In this document: in pieces, positions 58,952-64,000 of the stretch
How positions within the stretch are numbered: the first letter of the stretch is position 1
Layout: every line of letters starts with the position of its first letter
Assembly (NCBI GenBank): GCA_044344255.1
Contig: JBIJDH010000001.1
Span: 320,001 to 384,000, forward strand
Reading direction: 5' to 3'
Length of the DNA: 64,000 nt
Source: Myxococcota bacterium
Lineage (GTDB): Bacteria; Myxococcota_A; UBA796; UBA2385
The notes under the pieces: generated by a model
What the model saw: only the letters and a program-made list of their open reading frames with translations
Databases searched by the model: none
What the model was told of the DNA's origin: nothing
Made by a program: the position numbers and the translations under genes

Positions 58952-59851
58952 TCAGGCCTTCCAGCGCGAGAGGTCGCGGTCGAGCAGGCGCTCCAGGCGC
59001 TCCACCTCGGGCCGGAGCTCCGCCTGGAGGCGGGCCCGCAAGGCGGGATCGAGGGGGGCCCGCTCAAGGTGGCGGGAGTTCAGGCGCCGCACCGATCTCC
59101 GAAGGCGCACCCGGAGATCCGACGGAAAGAGGCCCTTGAGGGGCTCCGGGACGTGGGCGAGCAGCCGCCGGAGCCCGTCGCTGCGCACGGCTTTAGCGGT
59201 GTTGACCTCGCCCTCGGGCGTCGGGGCGGCGTCGAGGCCGAGCCAGTCGAGGAGGCCCGCCCAGGTGGCGGGGAGCGAAGACCGCAGGTCGTCCTGGAGC
59301 AGCACGCGCACACGGTCACGGCCGAAGACGGTGAAGTACCGCTCCACCTGCTCAGCATACGCGGCGACCCGCCGGTAGAGCAGGCCCTCGGGGAGCGGGG
59401 TGCGGGGCGGGAGCTGCTCCCCTCGGCGTCGAGCGGGCTCCGCGGCCAGCGCGAGCGCGAAGTCGCCGATGTCTTCGTCGTGGACGCTGTTGTAGCGGAG
59501 CTGTCCCCACAGCGCATACATCATCGAGACGGGCTCCCGGATGAGCACGATCACCCGCGCATCCGGGTTGAAGGCATGGATCTCGACGGCCGCCCGCTCC
59601 GAGTAGAGGTACCAGACGCTGGAGTCTCCGAGGCGGCGGTGCGCCACCGAGGCCCCCGCGAAGTGAGCGAGGTAGGCGGCACGGTCGGCGCAGGGCCGGT
59701 GCCGGAGCCCGAGATCGCTCCCGAAGTAGTGGAGGTCCTTCCGGGCCGCCATGAAGACCTGGGGGTGGCCCTCGAGGTAGCGCGTGAGCGCCGTGGTGCC
59801 GCACTTCGGGGCGCCGACGAGGAAGAGGTCCGGGAGCCGATGCTCGGCCAT
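58952..59851 (-). CDS. PAPS-dependent sulfotransferase
   Basis: GAPKCGTT, KDLHYF, GDSSVWY, IREP, DLSRW. Confidence 0.88.
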   Translation of the reverse strand: MAEHRLPDLFLVGAPKCGTTALTRYLEGHPQVFMAARKDLHYFGSDLGLRHRPCADRAAYLAHFAGASVAHRRLGDSSVWYLYSERAAVEIHAFNPDARVIVLIREPVSMMYALWGQLRYNSVHDEDIGDFALALAAEPARRRGEQLPPRTPLPEGLLYRRVAAYAEQVERYFTVFGRDRVRVLLQDDLRSSLPATWAGLLDWLGLDAAPTPEGEVNTAKAVRSDGLRRLLAHVPEPLKGLFPSDLRVRLRRSVRRLNSRHLERAPLDPALRARLQAELRPEVERLERLLDRDLSRWKA

Positions 59852-59875
59852 GGTCGCGTCCGGGGAAGCGGAGGG

Positions 59876-60337
59876 TCAGCGGGTCCGGGCGAGCATCAGG
59901 CCGAGGAGGATCGCCAGCAGCACCATGCCCCCGTAGACCAGCCACATGAAGCGGCGATCCCGGAGGGTGGGATCGGGCATGGAGTCCCCCCTCCGCTTTC
60001 GGCGCTGGGTGCGCTGGGCGTACTCCTCGGGAGAGAGCCAGACCTCCCGGCCGGTGGAGTCGATGTAGACCTTGTAGCCCTTCTCCTCATAAAATTGCGC
60101 TCGAACACCCTCGCGGATCGAGAAGAGCTCAGAGTGTCGGGCCGCTTGACGGCGCTCCTGGGTCTGCCGCTTGCGGGAGCGGCGCTTCTCGATCGTCTCC
60201 TGGCGACGCGCGTGATCCTCCTCGAGCTGCGCTCGGAAGGCCCGCTCGGCCTCCTCCCGCTCGCCGGGAGACAGGCCGAGCGGGACGGTCGGCAGGTCCG
60301 AGGTGGTCTCCTGCGATTCGGCGGGCGACTTGGGCAT
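59876..60337 (-). CDS. Hypothetical protein, coiled coil plus C-terminal TM helix
   Basis: Charged helical region, YIDSTGREVWL, hydrophobic C-terminus; ATG 60337 after GGAG. Confidence 0.6.
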   Translation of the reverse strand: MPKSPAESQETTSDLPTVPLGLSPGEREEAERAFRAQLEEDHARRQETIEKRRSRKRQTQERRQAARHSELFSIREGVRAQFYEEKGYKVYIDSTGREVWLSPEEYAQRTQRRKRRGDSMPDPTLRDRRFMWLVYGGMVLLAILLGLMLARTR

Positions 60338-60468
60338 CCGAGCTCCGAGGGCGCCGTCCCGTGGGGGCCGGCCCCGCCTCATAACCCTGCCCTCTGTTTC
60401 GAGGGGCCGCAACGACCCGCGTTTGACGGCGACGGGCCCCCGGGTGACTCTCCTCGTTCGGAGGGCCG

Positions 60469-61179
60469 ATGATCCCAGAGCTCCTGACCAGCGCCCGGGT
60501 CCGACTGCAGCGCCGCTTCGCGGACCTCGACATTGACGAGAACCGCCGCGCCCGGGAGGACCGCGAGGTGCTCACCCAGCGCATCTCCACGCTGGCCGCC
60601 TGGCCTAGGGAGGCGCCGAAGATCGCCCGGCGCTTCCGCGACGACTACCTCGACTACCTCAACCGCGTGGGCCACCCCAACCACGCCGCCTCCCTCGAGC
60701 TCATCGCCACCCTCTGGCTGATGGCCGAAGCGCTCCAGCCGAAGCGGATGGTCGACCTCGGCTCCGGCTTCACCTCGTTCATCTTCCGAACCTGGGCGGC
60801 CGAGCACCCGGGCGTCGAGGTCTGGTCGGTGGACGACTCCCCCGAGTGGCTGGAGCGCACCCGCGCTTGGCTCGGCGAGAAGCGGGTCTCCACCGAGAAC
60901 CTCGCCGTGTGGGAGACCTTCATCCAGGCCCCTCCCGCCCCCTTTGACCTCGTGCTCCACGACATGGGGATGATGGACACCCGCGCCCGCACGCTCAACC
61001 AGGCGATCAGCCTCGCCCGCAAAGGCGGCTACGTGATCCTCGACGACGTGCACAAGGATGAGTACCGCCGCTACGCGACCGGCGAGCTCGAGCGGGCGAA
61101 CATCCAGGCGCTGAGCCTCAAGGCCTTCACGAGAGACCCGATCTTCCGCTACGCCTGGCTGGCGCTGCCCACGCTGTAG
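60469..61179 (+). CDS. Class I SAM-dependent methyltransferase
   Basis: MVDLGSG, SVDD, FDLVLHD, GGYVILDD. Confidence 0.85.
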   Translation: MIPELLTSARVRLQRRFADLDIDENRRAREDREVLTQRISTLAAWPREAPKIARRFRDDYLDYLNRVGHPNHAASLELIATLWLMAEALQPKRMVDLGSGFTSFIFRTWAAEHPGVEVWSVDDSPEWLERTRAWLGEKRVSTENLAVWETFIQAPPAPFDLVLHDMGMMDTRARTLNQAISLARKGGYVILDDVHKDEYRRYATGELERANIQALSLKAFTRDPIFRYAWLALPTL

Positions 61180-61205
61180 GCGCCCCAGCGCCGCCGGTCA
61201 GCCGG

Positions 61206-62129
61206 TCAGCGAGCGGCCTTCCAGGCCGGCAGCGGGCGGTCGAGCAGCGCCTCCAGGGCCTCGACCCGCGGGCGGAGCTCGGCGGTGAGCCGCGCCTTGG
61301 TCTCGGCGGCCATCGGCGGACGGTCCTCAAAACGAAGGTTCACCCTTCGGAGCACGCGCAGACCGAGGCGAGCGCCCGGGAAGGGCGCGGCGTCGACCCC
61401 CTCGAGCACCCTTCGGGGGCCGGGGCGGATCATCCAGTCGCGGAGCGCGCCGACGCGCACGCCGCGGTTGCTGTTGCGGGAGCGTTCGCTCGCGTCCATC
61501 ACGGCGTCCATCCCTGGGAATTCCGTGCGCACACCGAGGAACTGGAGCAGCCGACGGTACTGTTCGCGGGGGTCCTTCTGTAGATCATCGAGCAGGATCA
61601 CATGCACGCGGTCCCGGCCGAGGGCGTCGAAGTACCGACCGACCTGCGCGGCGTAGTCGGTGTTCTTCATGTAGTGCAGGGCGCAAGCCGGGATCGAGCT
61701 CGGCGGGAGGCGCCGCCCGGCGAGGCGGTCGGGCTCGGCGGCGAGGGCCTCTTCGAAGGAGGCGATGTCCTCGTCGCCCGAGAACACGAGGTGGCTGTGC
61801 AGGGAGTGCAGCCAGCTCGTCGGGTTGCGCAGAAGCATCACCACCCGGAGATCGCCGGAGAAGGCGCGCAGCTCGCCGGCGGCCCGCTCACTGATGAGCG
61901 ACCAGGTCGAGGCCTCGCCCACCCGCCGGTGGGCCGCCTTCGCCCCCCGGAAGAAGGAGAGGTAGTTCTCGAGGGTGCGGGGCGGGTCGTGGTAGCGCAG
62001 ATCCGCACCGAAGTAGTGCAGCTCCTTCTTCGCCATGAAGATGTCGGGGTGACCAGAGAGGTAGGAGTCGAGCAAGCCGGAGCCGCTGCGCGGGTGGCCG
62101 ACGAAGAGGAAGTCAGGGCGGCGGCTCAC
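61206..62129 (-). CDS. PAPS-dependent sulfotransferase
   Basis: GHPRSGSG, KELHYF, GEAST, LRNP..S; paralogous to 58952-59851. Confidence 0.85.
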   Translation of the reverse strand: MSRRPDFLFVGHPRSGSGLLDSYLSGHPDIFMAKKELHYFGADLRYHDPPRTLENYLSFFRGAKAAHRRVGEASTWSLISERAAGELRAFSGDLRVVMLLRNPTSWLHSLHSHLVFSGDEDIASFEEALAAEPDRLAGRRLPPSSIPACALHYMKNTDYAAQVGRYFDALGRDRVHVILLDDLQKDPREQYRRLLQFLGVRTEFPGMDAVMDASERSRNSNRGVRVGALRDWMIRPGPRRVLEGVDAAPFPGARLGLRVLRRVNLRFEDRPPMAAETKARLTAELRPRVEALEALLDRPLPAWKAAR

Positions 62130-63211
62130 GGGCGGGCTCCCGGTTGGCGGACACCGTCCCAGAGCGAACGGTGCTGGAGGATGATCACGTCCAACCCAAA
62201 GCGCGCCTCGGCGAGGCGGCGCCCCGCGGCGCCCTGGGCGCGGCGGAGGGAAGCGTCTCCGAGGAGGAGGGCGAGCTGGTCGGCCAGCGCGTCGCGATCG
62301 CCGGGCTCGACCAGGGCGCCCGTCTGGCCCGCCTCCACGGACTCCGGGATGCCCGCGATGGGGGTCGAGACCACCGGCAAGCCCATCGCCATCGCCTCGA
62401 GGATGCTCATCGGCAGGGCCTCGTGGTAGCTCGGGAGGCAGAAGACGTCGGCGCCCGCGTACTCGGCGAGGCGGGCGGCCCCGCTCACCCAGCCCGGCAC
62501 GCTCACGTGGGCCGCGAGTCCGCGGCGGGCCACGGTGTCGCGGAGGCGCTCGACCTCGCCGTTGCCGCAGAAACGAAACTGGGCCTCCGGCACGCGGCGG
62601 AGCACGCGGGGGACGGCGGCCAGAAGATCCCAGGTGCCCTTCCGGTCGCCGATCTCCCCCATGAAGACAACGGTGGGCGCGGGGTGGGCCGAACGATCGG
62701 GGGGCGTGAAATTGGCCAGATCCACGGGGTTGTAGAGGACCACCAGCGGGAAGCCGGGGCCGACCAGGGCCTCGATCACGCCAGCCATCGACCGGGAGAG
62801 CACCACCACCGCCGCCGCCCGGCTGAACATCCAGCGCATCATGCGGCGGTGGACGGGGGAGCCCTCGATGAAGCCCGCCAGATCGGGGATGTGCAGGTGA
62901 ACGATCACCGGGCGGCCGGTGGCGTGCGCCTGCTCGAACCAGACCAGCTTCCGGTAGAAGGAGGCGAAGTAAGACAGGTGGATGTGGAAGACGTCCGGGC
63001 GCCAGCCCCGCGCGAGCTGCCCGGCGAAGATGAGCTCCCGGCGCACCATGCCGGCGGCCTTCCGCCAGCGCGGCCCATTCTTCATGGTGCCGAAGTAGCG
63101 CACCTCGGCGCCCACCCGCGGGGCCGCCTCGACGAGGAGGCGCGCGACCGTGGAGATGCCGCCCTGGGCGTCCAGGTCGGGGCCGATCATGGCGACGGAG
63201 AGGGGGGTCAC
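62126..63211 (-). CDS. Glycosyltransferase family 4
   Basis: YNPVD, RKG, FCLPSYHEALPMSILEAMAMGLPVV. Confidence 0.92.
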   Translation of the reverse strand: MTPLSVAMIGPDLDAQGGISTVARLLVEAAPRVGAEVRYFGTMKNGPRWRKAAGMVRRELIFAGQLARGWRPDVFHIHLSYFASFYRKLVWFEQAHATGRPVIVHLHIPDLAGFIEGSPVHRRMMRWMFSRAAAVVVLSRSMAGVIEALVGPGFPLVVLYNPVDLANFTPPDRSAHPAPTVVFMGEIGDRKGTWDLLAAVPRVLRRVPEAQFRFCGNGEVERLRDTVARRGLAAHVSVPGWVSGAARLAEYAGADVFCLPSYHEALPMSILEAMAMGLPVVSTPIAGIPESVEAGQTGALVEPGDRDALADQLALLLGDASLRRAQGAAGRRLAEARFGLDVIILQHRSLWDGVRQPGARP

Positions 63212-63999
63212 GGGGCCCCGTTATCCGAGGGGAGCTGTGGCGGCAGGCCGGCGCGGAGGCGGCTCAAGGTCTCCACCTCGAAGGGGGTGGCCTGCCCCGC
63301 ATCGACGAGCGCCGCCACCTCCACCTCGAGCTCTGCGAAGGGCCGCGCCTGCTCGATGAGCTGCCGGATGAGCAGGCGCCGGAGCCCGACCAAGGCGGGC
63401 TCTTCTCGGAGCAGCGCGCGCAGGAGCTCGATGGCGGCGGGATCACCGGCGGCGGCCTTCGCTCGCGCGAGGCCCACTCGGCTCGGCCGGTCGTCCTTCC
63501 CGCACTTCGCCCGGGCCCGCTGGTACCACTCCACCGCCTCCGCCGCACGGTTGAGGTCGAGGCGGGCCTCGGCCCCGGCGAGCAGCGTGCCGCAATTCCG
63601 GTCCGGCACCGCCTCGATCAGCGCCAGCGCCCGCGCAGGCTCCCCCCAACGGTTGAGGTGGACCGCGAAGGCGAGGCCCATGGTGGGATCGAGGCCGACC
63701 GAGCGCTCGAAGGCCTCCCGCGCCGCGGCCTGCCACTCGGGGCGACCATCGCGGGCGAGCACGCGGCCCGCGTCGCGGAGGCGGTCCGCACGATCGGGGA
63801 TCATCAACTCCAAGCCGCCCGCGGGATCAGGATCTGACGAGAAGGCCTCGACGATGAGGCCCATGGCGTCTACATCCTCGGGGAGATCGAGCGCGAGGCC
63901 GGCAGACCAGGCCGCCCGCGCCGAGGGGGTCTGGCTGAGCTCCGCCTCGAAGCGGGCGAGGGCCAGCCAGGTCCAGGGGTCGCTCGGGTAGACGCGCGT
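63208..63999 (-). CDS. Partial TPR-containing protein (5' end outside window)
   Basis: Frame open to the window edge (YPSDPWTWLALARFE..); TPR-like helices AAEAVEWYQRA, VGLARA. Confidence 0.7.
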   Translation of the reverse strand, partial: TRVYPSDPWTWLALARFEAELSQTPSARAAWSAGLALDLPEDVDAMGLIVEAFSSDPDPAGGLELMIPDRADRLRDAGRVLARDGRPEWQAAAREAFERSVGLDPTMGLAFAVHLNRWGEPARALALIEAVPDRNCGTLLAGAEARLDLNRAAEAVEWYQRARAKCGKDDRPSRVGLARAKAAAGDPAAIELLRALLREEPALVGLRRLLIRQLIEQARPFAELEVEVAALVDAGQATPFEVETLSRLRAGLPPQLPSDNGAP

Positions 64000-64000
64000 G

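Overview
A very GC-rich bacterial chromosomal segment. Its many Cys-rich lipoproteins, TSP3-OmpA protein, DUF4388-like protein and codon style suggest a Myxococcota-like deltaproteobacterium (inference). I can support about 55 CDS. Housekeeping genes include rlmD, khpA, hutU, class I lysS, greB, glnS with a GatB/YqeY tail, lipA, a 2-oxoacid dehydrogenase E2 and lpdA. The right end holds a polysaccharide locus with WecG, an epimerase, a GT4, a methyltransferase and three sulfotransferases. No rRNA, tRNA, CRISPR array, transposase or integrase was seen. Most notable: (1) a 2.5-kb insert bounded by a 254-bp direct duplication of the wecG 3' end, carrying a coupled three-gene cassette (TIGR04255-like protein, Xre-HTH/MbcA-like protein, protein with a MazF/PemK-like pattern), next to a decayed vapBC pair; (2) a candidate ~285-nt structured ncRNA with its own sigma70 promoter and terminator; (3) two apparent pseudoenzyme modules, a CtpA-like protein lacking both catalytic residues behind an ECF sigma/anti-sigma pair, and degenerate E1-alpha/E1-beta subunits in the lipA-E2-E3 operon; (4) a recurrent helically phased RTAAC motif; (5) a solo imuA-like gene with an SOS box. 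All family assignments come from motif recognition by eye, not from database searches.
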